IMG/VR virus record: IMGVR_UViG_3300042374_001687
Location: 1 to 64,000 of that record
From: a virus
DNA length: 64,000 nucleotides
Strand: one strand, 5' to 3'
Shown: one piece after another, positions 9,143 through 18,526 of the stretch
Layout: each line of letters starts with the position of its first letter
How positions within the stretch are numbered: the stretch's first letter is position 1
Position numbers and translations under genes: made by a program
Notes under the pieces: generated by a model
Seen by the model: the letters and a program-made list of their open reading frames with translations, nothing else
What the model was told of the DNA's origin: nothing
Databases searched by the model: none

Positions 9143-10018
9143 ATGCAAAGGTTTCACGAGTTCGCCAAGGACAAGTCAAAAAAGAAGGTGGTTCTGGTTG
9201 TTGGGTCGGCCAGAAATTCCGATTGCTGTCCAAATGAGAAAAGCAAGACCCACAAGTTGGCGGATAAGATCCGTGCGGAATTTTCCGAACTAGTTAATTT
9301 TGAGGTTGTAGATCTTTCCGTCAAGTGCGACGGGGTTAATGTCCAACCTTGCAAGGGCTGCGTCAGCACATCTAACATGCACTGTAGGTGGCCGTGCGAT
9401 TGTTATGGAAAGCAGAGCGATCCGAAGGATTTGATGCACAAGGAGGATGTGTACCGAAAACTGGAGGCTTGCGACGGTTTTTTTGTATTAACTCCTATAA
9501 ACTGGAGTTCGTGCTCTAGCGTGGTCAAGAGTTTCTTTGACAGGCTTGTGTGCGCCAACCTAACAATCACTGCAAATGAGGCCGTGGAGATATTCGGCAA
9601 GGATCACATAAAGGACTCCAAGGCGACTAGGGAGGCGGAAAAATCCGGAAAATACAACGAAATGCTTAGGAATCATCTGGAGGGGAAGGTCGCGGGTTTC
9701 TTCGCTCATGGCAACGATGGAGGGGCGGATTATATTGAATTTGCCAAGAAGAAGACAAAGGCCTTGCCGGTCATCCCAGAAAGCATGAAGGAATATGAGA
9801 AGTCACATGGCAAGGAGGATTCTAGCAAGGTTCTTGACCCTCTTGTAAGGCAATGCGTTTATTCCGGAATAAGGGTTCCCGACGATTGTGTAAGGGTCGT
9901 CACATATGGATTCGGCATTTCTTACGGTGATTCAAACGATTTGTTTGAAAAGGAAGCGAAGCTTAAAAAAGATGCCACAGAAGTATTTGAATCTTTTTTG
10001 GGGCATTTGAGCTATTAG
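9143..10018 (+). CDS. Iron-sulfur flavoprotein / NADPH-dependent FMN reductase family
   Basis: VGSAR, PCKGCVS...CRWPCDC, TPINW, KSFFDRL, GKVAG. Confidence 0.85.
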   Translation: MQRFHEFAKDKSKKKVVLVVGSARNSDCCPNEKSKTHKLADKIRAEFSELVNFEVVDLSVKCDGVNVQPCKGCVSTSNMHCRWPCDCYGKQSDPKDLMHKEDVYRKLEACDGFFVLTPINWSSCSSVVKSFFDRLVCANLTITANEAVEIFGKDHIKDSKATREAEKSGKYNEMLRNHLEGKVAGFFAHGNDGGADYIEFAKKKTKALPVIPESMKEYEKSHGKEDSSKVLDPLVRQCVYSGIRVPDDCVRVVTYGFGISYGDSNDLFEKEAKLKKDATEVFESFLGHLSY

Positions 10019-10084
10019 AATCATTCTGGGTCTGTTTTTAGATCATAATGTCATTATAACCTGAGCACCACGAGGCCAAGCGCA

Positions 10085-10591
10085 ATGGACATCGTTGAAT
10101 TCTATAGAAAAAACAGCGTTGAAAAACAGTTTGATGAAGAGTTTTATTTATCACAAAACAATGATTTAAATAAATTCTACCAGCCATATTGCAAAAACAA
10201 TAAAATTACAGAAAGACAGAGGCTTTTTTATCATTATGTCTTTTTTGGCAAGAAAAATGGAATGTTTAAAAACAAGGATGAGAAAAAAAGGCACAGAGAA
10301 GAAAGGCTGGCTTCTCGTAAAAGACTAAGGGGCAGAGACGAGGAAATAGACCTAAGAGGTCTAGAAAAATATATCATTGAGGAAAATATGGACGGATATG
10401 TGGCTGATCACAATAAGCACTATTTCATAAACCGATATGCTCATAAGGTACTTGAATCAATGTCTCAAGAAGATAAAGAAAATTATATCATAAATAAGAT
10501 AACTAAATCTTTTGAAGACATGAACAATATTGAAGTGCAAGAAAAAATAAGTGAAAAATACCCCGAAATAATAATGGAAGAGATAGATTGA
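10085..10591 (+). CDS. Hypothetical protein (AT-rich island)
   Basis: ORF; shares the FD..Y..N...ERQR..HY...G module with 4421-5818. Confidence 0.6.
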   Translation: MDIVEFYRKNSVEKQFDEEFYLSQNNDLNKFYQPYCKNNKITERQRLFYHYVFFGKKNGMFKNKDEKKRHREERLASRKRLRGRDEEIDLRGLEKYIIEENMDGYVADHNKHYFINRYAHKVLESMSQEDKENYIINKITKSFEDMNNIEVQEKISEKYPEIIMEEID

Positions 10592-10788
10592 ACGCAGATT
10601 CTGTTGAGCAATATAGGGAAAAACTTGAAGATGTTAATTTTTTTGTATTAGAAACCCAAATGCAATTGTGCATCAATCCTTATTTTTTTGAATTGATCAA
10701 AAATCCATACGACAAAGAATCATATGTTTTACAAAAAGACGAGATAATCTCAGAGTTGATAAAATTGCATGAAGAAAATGCACAATAA
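10588..10788 (+). CDS. Hypothetical protein
   Basis: Overlap-coupled ORF. Confidence 0.45.
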   Translation: MNADSVEQYREKLEDVNFFVLETQMQLCINPYFFELIKNPYDKESYVLQKDEIISELIKLHEENAQ

Positions 10789-11698
10789 ATTTGCTTTTTT
10801 TGGTGCGTCTGTAACTAAACAAAAAAAATCGTACGCCGATTTTTTGATGGAAATGATCCAAGAAAATGAATACGGCAAGTTCGGATATGGATCAATGCAT
10901 TTATCTGATGCGGGCGTTTGTTTCATAGATCATGTTGTAAGCTACAATCCCGATGTTTGCTTCATAGACTGGTTCTCAACTTCTAAGACCAATTACGGTG
11001 ATGGAATATCCGTATATCTTGATTGCTTGGTGCTCAAGCTTTTAGAAAATAACATAAAGCCTGTCTTTTTATTGTTTCCGATATCGGAGATGCTCGCACC
11101 CAGAGTTGAAATGTATGATACTGTTAGAAAATATGCATTAAAGTACGCCATTCAATGTTTGGATATAAACGAAAAGAGCAAAAAAGAAGAAATTGATATT
11201 TCAACAATAATTAAAGACTATGTTCACACTACTGATTTTGGGGGCTATTATTACGCATCCAAGATACTTGAACTTTTAGGAGAAGATTTTTTTAACAAAA
11301 AAGATGCAGTTTCCAATTGTGTCCGACCCGAAAAAAACAAGTACTATGGAATACTAAAAAAAGAAATGAATATAGAGGTAAAAAAATTCATTAATTTTTT
11401 AGTTGAGGACGAATTGATAGGAATATATCAAACAATTGGGCCTTATTCTAACAATGTCAATATATTTAAAGAAGGTAAACTCATACAGAAATGTCCAATA
11501 TGGGATTGTTGGTGCCATTACGAAAGAGATACATTCAAATTGTGCATAAAAGAGCCCGGTCGTTATTTTATAGAACTAGCAAATGACATTGACAAGTCAG
11601 CATGCAAGGTTCAAAAAAATTGGGGGGATTTTGTCAATGCGTTGAATTTGAAGGATGCTTTTTACACATCTAATTTTTTGGTTGAAGATTATGAATAG
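10769..11698 (+). CDS. SGNH/GDSL hydrolase family protein
   Basis: FFGASVT (block I) and DYVH (DxxH). Confidence 0.7.
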   Translation: MKKMHNKFAFFGASVTKQKKSYADFLMEMIQENEYGKFGYGSMHLSDAGVCFIDHVVSYNPDVCFIDWFSTSKTNYGDGISVYLDCLVLKLLENNIKPVFLLFPISEMLAPRVEMYDTVRKYALKYAIQCLDINEKSKKEEIDISTIIKDYVHTTDFGGYYYASKILELLGEDFFNKKDAVSNCVRPEKNKYYGILKKEMNIEVKKFINFLVEDELIGIYQTIGPYSNNVNIFKEGKLIQKCPIWDCWCHYERDTFKLCIKEPGRYFIELANDIDKSACKVQKNWGDFVNALNLKDAFYTSNFLVEDYE

Positions 11699-12473
11699 TA
11701 AAAGCGGCAACATACTTAAAATCAAGTGCCCAGACGGTTTTGCAAACCAGTTAAGATTGTCTTTGGCTGCAAACTTGCTCGTTGAAAAGAAGATGGCCGA
11801 TGAGGCGGTTCAAGAATGGGTCTTGAACAACCACAATATCGTTGATTTTTTGAAGTTTTTCCATCCTCTTCCAAATGTAAGATTCTCAAAATTGATGGAC
11901 GAGGAAGATCTGATAGCGACCCAGTCTTTTGAGTACATGACCAGGCAACTAGATGTTACTTCAATTGTAGATTTGTTCAATGAGGCGTATGGACACTTAA
12001 GGTTGAAAAATGATTACAAAGTGATAATTCAATCTTTTATAGACAAATTTGAAATTGGGAATTGCATAGGCCTACATTTAAGAACTGGGTGCAAGACGGC
12101 CTTGCTTTTCTCGGAAAATGGAAAGGGAAGAAGCAGGCCAATTCCTCATGGTGCAATAATAAAGTTTTTAACGACCAACGATAAGAAAATTTTTTTGGCA
12201 ACAGATAACGCAGAAACACAAGATAAATTTTTCAATGTCTTCAAGGAAAGAATAGTTTTTTTTGAAAAAATCAAGGAGGGAAAGGAAAAATTTGAAGGTA
12301 CTTATGATGAAAAAAAGGTCGTCAGATTCGCCGGAGACATGCACACTATAGCGGATTTTTATATCCTACAGAACTGCCGGTATTTTATAGGATCTAACGA
12401 AAGCTCCTTTTCGTTGATGATAAATTACATACGGAACAATGAATCGGACTATAAAATTGATGGAGTTTTATGA
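11691..12473 (+). CDS. Fucosyltransferase-like (NodZ/O-FucT type)
   Basis: DGFANQL, IGLHLRTG, IFLATDN, SSFS motifs. Confidence 0.75.
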   Translation: MNSKSGNILKIKCPDGFANQLRLSLAANLLVEKKMADEAVQEWVLNNHNIVDFLKFFHPLPNVRFSKLMDEEDLIATQSFEYMTRQLDVTSIVDLFNEAYGHLRLKNDYKVIIQSFIDKFEIGNCIGLHLRTGCKTALLFSENGKGRSRPIPHGAIIKFLTTNDKKIFLATDNAETQDKFFNVFKERIVFFEKIKEGKEKFEGTYDEKKVVRFAGDMHTIADFYILQNCRYFIGSNESSFSLMINYIRNNESDYKIDGVL

Positions 12474-13231
12474 ATATTTTTTTCTGCATAGTTAATAACG
12501 GATACAAATATTTTGCTCTTAATTTCCATAAAAGATGGCTTCAACTAGATATAGAAAAAAAATTAGTTTTTATTTGCACCGATGAAATTTGCTATGAGGA
12601 ATTGAAAAAAGAAGGTGCCGAGTGTAATCTTGTTCAAAACAAAAATTTGTCAACTAGTTTTCACGGATGGACAACGAAAGAATACAAGAAAATAGTTTTC
12701 AACAAATTATTTTTGACCAAAAATTTCATTGAGAATCATCATAAAGATTATCCTTTTATTACTTATGTTGATACCGATATGTGGGTCAATTATGACTTTA
12801 CCAAAGATTTGGATGTTGTACTGTGCAAGAGCAATTTTGATATTATATTTCAAGATGGAGAAGATTACCTTGAAAATATTGATGACTGCTCCGTCTTAAG
12901 TTCTGACGGGTCAATAAGCAAGGTGAGGAATTGCATCAACTATTGCACAGGATTTATGGTGTTCAAAAGCAGAGAAAAAGACAAAATTTTTAATCTGCTA
13001 TCTTATGACAAAGAAGATATTGAAAAAAATATTGGAAATCAAATTTACATAAATAAAAAAATAGCTGAATTGAATATGAATGTGTGTTCTTTGCCTAAAA
13101 AAATTATGCCGAACTTTTCAACTTCTTTTTACTACAAGAATCTAGAAAGATACTGGATGTTGCATTATACTTATATTGTGGGAAAAGAGAAGATATATTA
13201 CATGAATAAAAATTCTCATTGGATTATTTGA
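12470..13231 (+). CDS. Nucleotide-diphospho-sugar transferase (GT77-like)
   Basis: YVDTD, IFQD, CTGFM, NQ, HY motifs. Confidence 0.7.
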   Translation: MNIFFCIVNNGYKYFALNFHKRWLQLDIEKKLVFICTDEICYEELKKEGAECNLVQNKNLSTSFHGWTTKEYKKIVFNKLFLTKNFIENHHKDYPFITYVDTDMWVNYDFTKDLDVVLCKSNFDIIFQDGEDYLENIDDCSVLSSDGSISKVRNCINYCTGFMVFKSREKDKIFNLLSYDKEDIEKNIGNQIYINKKIAELNMNVCSLPKKIMPNFSTSFYYKNLERYWMLHYTYIVGKEKIYYMNKNSHWII

Positions 13232-14144
13232 TCTTTACCTCAGTAGACTCCTTGACAAACAATAGAAATGCCTTAAATGTTCTTTCAAATTCTCTGGTAG
13301 TCTCTAAGAGTGTGGGTTTTCTCTGGTGTGTGCCGAATTCGGCGACCATTGCGAATGCCCCGTTTCGGTGATACCAGTCTATCTCCGTTCCGTATATGGG
13401 CCTGTTGTACAACTCGGAGGCCTTTTTCAAGTCGTAATTGGACAGGGCACACATCTGTGATGAGATCCTTTCGTATTCCGCAACGTTAGGATTGTCTTTT
13501 TTGCTATCTCCCCAAGGAATGAGATAGACGCGACCAAATGTATGCCCCGCCAAAACACTGTCCGGCTTTATCTTCAAGAATAGGTTCTTGAGGTTTTCAA
13601 CCGGTGATACGGAAATTTTTTCGGGGTTTTTGAGCGTGGGGAAGTCCCTGTTGGGATCTTTTCCTTCCACCCTCCTGCTGTCCGGGTAGCTGTCAGGCGA
13701 CACGACAGGAACGAAGTATATCGTTCTGCTGTTAACAAGTTCGGTGATGGCCTCGTCCTCTCCATAGGCGGACAAAAGCTTCCCTGCATAGGCCATCACC
13801 GTGCTCGTAGAAAGAGGCTCGTTGCCGTGTATGCACGCGGTCACCAGAACCGTCTTGTCGCTCGGTGCCAGTTTGTTTCCTATTTTTAAGTAATATTGCT
13901 TGAGGCCGTCGGAGGTCTTGCCGTAGGACGACACCTCTGCGAGTTCGGGAGCGGCTGACTCCCATTCCTTGATCGTAGATAATATCTCGTCGTAGGTCTG
14001 ATGGGCGTATAGGTGCCGCTCTATTGCCGGGCAAGCCGGAATCTTCGGGGCCGGGTCTTCCTTGACATCAGCCCTCTGGACTGTCCTATAGAGCAGCACC
14101 AGCACCAGGCATAAAGCCATGGCACAAACAACGCCTTTTAACAT
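13224..14144 (-). CDS. M14 zinc carboxypeptidase family with N-terminal signal anchor
   Basis: IHGNE, PVVSPDS, NRDF, GHT, catalytic AEFG. Confidence 0.9.
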   Translation of the reverse strand: MLKGVVCAMALCLVLVLLYRTVQRADVKEDPAPKIPACPAIERHLYAHQTYDEILSTIKEWESAAPELAEVSSYGKTSDGLKQYYLKIGNKLAPSDKTVLVTACIHGNEPLSTSTVMAYAGKLLSAYGEDEAITELVNSRTIYFVPVVSPDSYPDSRRVEGKDPNRDFPTLKNPEKISVSPVENLKNLFLKIKPDSVLAGHTFGRVYLIPWGDSKKDNPNVAEYERISSQMCALSNYDLKKASELYNRPIYGTEIDWYHRNGAFAMVAEFGTHQRKPTLLETTREFERTFKAFLLFVKESTEVKIK

Positions 14145-14167
14145 AGACCTCCTTGTCTATCCGTCAA

Positions 14168-14392
14168 TTAATATCTGTTGATAGCGAGCAGACCGCAAAG
14201 GACTGCAAATCCTCCTATTAGCGACACAGGAAACGGCGCGACGCAGCACCAGTATCCTCCCCAAAATATTGCGAATACAGCGATAACAGCCCCGAGGTTT
14301 CTAAAATTCATAGCCATCAGCATCATTGCCAGAGGCCCAGAAAGTAAAACCGAACACAACATAATCGTCACTATCAAAGCCAAACTTGCCAT
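14168..14392 (-). CDS. Small multi-TM membrane protein
   Basis: 74 aa, almost entirely hydrophobic; GGAGG RBS. Confidence 0.7.
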   Translation of the reverse strand: MASLALIVTIMLCSVLLSGPLAMMLMAMNFRNLGAVIAVFAIFWGGYWCCVAPFPVSLIGGFAVLCGLLAINRY

Positions 14393-14403
14393 AATCCTCC
14401 TGA

Positions 14404-14898
14404 TCAGTCAGAGAAAACGACGCACCAATAGTTTCTATTGTTCTTATCCTTAGCCACGCCGATTCCGACCTTTTTGTATTTTGACCCTAGTATGTTCCAT
14501 CTGTGGCCTGTGCTCTTCATCCAAGCCTTGACCACACTAATTCCGTCTTCTTGACCGCAGGCTATGTTTTCTCCAACGAAGCTTGCGTCTTCATTGACCT
14601 TTTGAAGGTTTGACATGCTAGAGTGATTGAGCGAGTTGCTCTTCGCCATTTTTTCGGCGTGTTTCTGTGCGTACTCACACAAGTCTTTGTCCAGCTCCAA
14701 GCCTTGATATCCCTTGGACTTTCTCTCTTTGTTGTGAAGATCCAAAAGTTCTTTTTGTATGTCGCTGAACTTGTCCTGTCCAATTTGAGCCTTTGGACTA
14801 GACGGTTGGCCAATAGGCCCATTCGCCTTTTCATGATGCCTTACGGCCAGAAACAGTAGGAACACGCACCAAAAGAACAGAACTGTTATTTTTTTCAT
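14404..14898 (-). CDS. CAP/SCP domain protein with signal anchor
   Basis: HNKER, AQKHA..M, GENIA, WMKSTGHRWNIL, YWCVVF. Confidence 0.9.
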   Translation of the reverse strand: MKKITVLFFWCVFLLFLAVRHHEKANGPIGQPSSPKAQIGQDKFSDIQKELLDLHNKERKSKGYQGLELDKDLCEYAQKHAEKMAKSNSLNHSSMSNLQKVNEDASFVGENIACGQEDGISVVKAWMKSTGHRWNILGSKYKKVGIGVAKDKNNRNYWCVVFSD

Positions 14899-14928
14899 TT
14901 TTTGGACTCCTTTCCAAATTTTTGACAT

Positions 14929-15315
14929 TTATTTTTTATGCTTTTCTAGCCATCCTCCATAATCTTGCCTTGTATAACCCGACTTCCTGGCTATTTCCTT
15001 TCTGTTGAACAGCACCACGGAAGTGGGAAGCGTCTTGAACAAGTATTTTTTCTTCAGATCCGGCCTTTGATCTACATCGACCAAGCAGACGATATATTCG
15101 TCAACTTGAAGCATGTCAATTTCGTTCTTGAGCACTTGGCAGTAACGGCACCATTCGGCACCAAAAACGACCAGGATCTTTTTGCCCTCTATTTCAACGG
15201 CTTGTTCGTAGTCGTTAACATACGAAACTCCGGAAGTGTATTCTTGGGCATTGGCTGAGAGGGTTGCAGTCAGCAGCACAAAGACAGCTAATGCATTAAT
15301 TATCTTCCTTGTCAT
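14929..15315 (-). CDS. Exported thioredoxin-family protein
   Basis: Signal peptide ending ANA; WCRYC; cis-Pro LPT. Confidence 0.88.
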   Translation of the reverse strand: MTRKIINALAVFVLLTATLSANAQEYTSGVSYVNDYEQAVEIEGKKILVVFGAEWCRYCQVLKNEIDMLQVDEYIVCLVDVDQRPDLKKKYLFKTLPTSVVLFNRKEIARKSGYTRQDYGGWLEKHKK

Positions 15316-15400
15316 ATGCCTCCTGTGCAATCCATGCCTACATTTATATAGGAGAGGCTAAACTCGTTTGACCGTTTATTATTTCCAAGTGCACGAGCGA

Positions 15401-15988
15401 TCAGGATCGACCCAATTTTCTGGGTCTTATTCCGTGCGAAAGTCTTATTTTATCCAGGCCGTCGTTCAAAGATCTCCATGCTGTTGCTGAGGAGATTCCG
15501 AGTTCGTAACCTATGGCTCTGACCGACTTGCCTTGCGAGCACATTCCTATGATTTTTCTTTCTTGGCTAGTCAGTATCTTCTCGGCCCTCTTCATCAAGG
15601 AAGATAATGAACTTTCGCTACCCAACGACTTTAAGACCTTCACGCATGAAAGATTTTTTTTGGCCTTGCGTTTCTTGGCATGAAGTCCGGAAAGGCTGTC
15701 GTGCACTGATCGCTTGAAGAATTTCCCCGCCGAATAGGACGAAACATGGTCGCCGTCAAGCGTTTTTTCAATTGAGGATCGGATGGCCTCTTCCACATCG
15801 TCATATTGGGCTTTTGGGAACTTTTCATAGAAATGCTTGGTGTATTTTTCTTTGAGTTTACCCAGCAGATCTAGCAGTTCTTTCTTCGTCGGCCTTGACT
15901 TGGCTTCTTGTGTTGTAGATTCAGATAGCACGCCGGATTCTTCCAGACGGGCTAGTTCTCTCATTATGAAATACCTTGCAAAGCTCAT
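15401..15988 (-). CDS. Sigma-factor-like protein with sigma70 region-4 HTH
   Basis: LTSQERKII...GKSVRAIGYELGISSATAWRSL..GLDKIR; TATATA 5 nt before ATG 15988. Confidence 0.6.
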   Translation of the reverse strand: MSFARYFIMRELARLEESGVLSESTTQEAKSRPTKKELLDLLGKLKEKYTKHFYEKFPKAQYDDVEEAIRSSIEKTLDGDHVSSYSAGKFFKRSVHDSLSGLHAKKRKAKKNLSCVKVLKSLGSESSLSSLMKRAEKILTSQERKIIGMCSQGKSVRAIGYELGISSATAWRSLNDGLDKIRLSHGIRPRKLGRS

Positions 15989-16004
15989 GAATTTATATAC
16001 ATAG

Positions 16005-16583
16005 TTAGAGCCAAAAAGTAATCGGGCACCAGGCCCTGTTTGTTGCACGGGCGATGAACAGTCCCCTGTTTACCCAGTTGTTGCAGTTGGTGAAGCAGTT
16101 ATATCTTAGGTTGGATTCATAGAAATCGCCTTTTTGGTAGTAATGCGGCTTCTTTTGTATCTTTTTGCCGCTGTGGGATTCCTTTACATATATTTTGAGT
16201 ATTTCAAGTTGAAGATTGTCCACTTCCATTTCTGTGCTGCCTTGCGGCAGATCGTCCATAAAGTCAATCCTAAGGACTGTTTTATTCAGACCGAAGAAGG
16301 CAAACAGAAAGTCCATGGTCCTGAGTTCAGACCAGCACCTTGTCTCCAAGAATATCTTTCTGTCCCCCCAGCCTATTTTGATGTATTTTCCTTTGGGCTG
16401 GAACTCGCTCTTCCAAAGCGAAGATTCAAAGACATAATCCGAGTGAATCATGTCTTTTGATATATAGAACTTGATTCCTTTGCCCTTCTTGATTTCGCCG
16501 ACCCTTATAAGAGGGAGGGTGAGGCATAAAACAAGATATGTCGCGAATAAAGGCGATAGGTACAACAGCAAAAGAAAATGCAT
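16005..16583 (-). CDS. DUF2459-like membrane-anchored protein
   Basis: IHSD, IGWGDR.F, FYES..RY..FTNCNNW. Confidence 0.75.
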   Translation of the reverse strand: MHFLLLLYLSPLFATYLVLCLTLPLIRVGEIKKGKGIKFYISKDMIHSDYVFESSLWKSEFQPKGKYIKIGWGDRKIFLETRCWSELRTMDFLFAFFGLNKTVLRIDFMDDLPQGSTEMEVDNLQLEILKIYVKESHSGKKIQKKPHYYQKGDFYESNLRYNCFTNCNNWVNRGLFIARATNRAWCPITFWL

Positions 16584-16590
16584 ATTCAGA

Positions 16591-17643
16591 CTAGTGTTGA
16601 GTAAGGAGTATCGTCTTGACATCCGGCCTAAATGCTGCGTCGTCGCCGTCGCCCGGGGTCACCACAACATGCCAGCGGGGTGATTCGCCACGGGGAGTAG
16701 ACATCATTTCGGGATATGTCAAAACATCCCCCAACGGCAGCACGAATTTCTTGGCTATTCTTAGCTTCAACTCTTTCTCGTCGTCTATTTTCATCAGATC
16801 TAGATCTGAGAACATTTCGTTCGGCACGACTATGGACAACTTGTGCTTGCTGAAGTCTACTCCTGCCGTCTGTTTCGTATTCGCTCCGCTCGAGAAGGTG
16901 GTCTGGAACTCGGCGTTGTTGGCAACATCCGCCACTTTCGTATAAGCATAACTATCCACATTCCAACCTTCGCTCTTAAGCCTTTTCAAAACATTCTCGG
17001 CGATGCTCTTGTACTTCTTAGTGAAAAAGTCGCCCGAATCGTTCCAGCGAAGTATTACCTTTGGCTTGTATCCGACTTTGGCACCGTGCTCATGGCACTT
17101 GGCCTTGATCTCGGAATACATTTGCTCCTCGTACATGTCCGGATGATTCATCAGATAGTTAAGCCTTCTTGTCATGCTATCGTAGGCTTCGGCGTACTGT
17201 ATGTACCTTCCTCTTCGAGCGTAGCATATTAAGACGCACGCACCGGCTCCCGGGCATGTGTTTATCACGAAAAATTGACCGGAAGATTTGTCATAGACTA
17301 TCCCCCTGAATGCAGGTATGCCTGTTTTGTAGACAAATTCATTTGGCCCGCCGCTTTTGAGTATCTTCTCGTTAGTATTGATGATTGTCTTGGGGGGCTC
17401 TGTTATTCTTTTTGCGAACGCTTCTGCGTCCACCTCGTCTTCTTTTCCAAAGAAGGAAGACTTCGCATGGACAAACGGCATGTTGGGGCTGAACTTCTCT
17501 CTCTTTCCGTAGTCTATCTTGGCGTTTGCCCTGACGGCGTTGAGGTACTTGACTATCTCCTCCGGGTTCTCGCATGTCTTTTGCACATCGGAGAACTCAG
17601 ATTCCCAATCCACTTCGTTATAGAGCCATTCTTTAAATTCCAT
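16591..17643 (-). CDS. Phage Gp88-like protein with CTS-like start
   Basis: TCPGAGAC...CYA, RWNDSGDF, YAYTK; starts MEFKEWLYNE. Confidence 0.7.
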   Translation of the reverse strand: MEFKEWLYNEVDWESEFSDVQKTCENPEEIVKYLNAVRANAKIDYGKREKFSPNMPFVHAKSSFFGKEDEVDAEAFAKRITEPPKTIINTNEKILKSGGPNEFVYKTGIPAFRGIVYDKSSGQFFVINTCPGAGACVLICYARRGRYIQYAEAYDSMTRRLNYLMNHPDMYEEQMYSEIKAKCHEHGAKVGYKPKVILRWNDSGDFFTKKYKSIAENVLKRLKSEGWNVDSYAYTKVADVANNAEFQTTFSSGANTKQTAGVDFSKHKLSIVVPNEMFSDLDLMKIDDEKELKLRIAKKFVLPLGDVLTYPEMMSTPRGESPRWHVVVTPGDGDDAAFRPDVKTILLTQH

Positions 17644-17725
17644 GGTGCATTCCATCCTTTTATTCCGCTGACTCTATTAGAAGTAAAGAGCCGCTGTCGT
17701 TTGAACAACTGTATATATTTGGGTA

Positions 17726-18487
17726 ATGTTGAAAATGCACGAAGTTTACAAGCACGGGTACAGCACGCTTCCCAACCTGCGAAAACTCCGACCCGAGGAG
17801 GTTTTTGAAAGAGACAATTCGGAATCCAGGTCTATTCAGCAAGAGAAAGCCGAGGCCCTACAGAACCAAAAATGCTTCATGGAACATAAAAACGACCCGA
17901 GTTTTTACGAAATATGCGAAGAATGGATATTGAAAAACTATCCCAGAACATTGAAAGGCAATGGCTATCTGGAAATCGTCAGAGAGGCGGACGAGGATTT
18001 TCTAATCCACAGGGTTGATGGAGACAAGGACTGGCTAAGTAGTGCCCATGTCTGCTTCCCAAGCCATTGGAGGCCTGAGGAAAAGATAGGGGCCTCATTC
18101 GACAAAATTCACGAAAATGTACCTATGAACTTGAAGAACAGCCCAAAGTTGGTGAATGCGATAGTTCACGGCGGCATGTTTGAAAGGTTCGTCTGGAGTG
18201 TTGTCTATGACAACCGATATAACTTTCACCCAAGACTACCTCACAGCAAGTTCAACAAAGAATATCCAAGGGTCTTCGTCAAGGTTGAAAGGCAAGTTAC
18301 TGTCGGATTTCCGCAAAAGAACTTTTGTCTTTTTGTGCTGCGTCAGTATTTGATTCAAGAAGAGTATTTGGACAAGGAGGCCTTGGCCGGCTCCATAGAA
18401 GCGATGACTCTTGAGCAAAAGAAGTACAAGGGTCTTGAGAACAGCGAGGACTTGATGCTTTATCTCAGAAGCGGAACCTCATATTGA
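17726..18487 (+). CDS. DUF3445 / heme-dependent oxidative N-demethylase alpha-like
   Basis: EDF, VCFPSHWRPEEKIG, IHENVP, KVERQ. Confidence 0.75.
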   Translation: MLKMHEVYKHGYSTLPNLRKLRPEEVFERDNSESRSIQQEKAEALQNQKCFMEHKNDPSFYEICEEWILKNYPRTLKGNGYLEIVREADEDFLIHRVDGDKDWLSSAHVCFPSHWRPEEKIGASFDKIHENVPMNLKNSPKLVNAIVHGGMFERFVWSVVYDNRYNFHPRLPHSKFNKEYPRVFVKVERQVTVGFPQKNFCLFVLRQYLIQEEYLDKEALAGSIEAMTLEQKKYKGLENSEDLMLYLRSGTSY

Positions 18488-18526
18488 TTATTGCTTGATT
18501 TAATGTTAAATTGTTAGGAACACATC

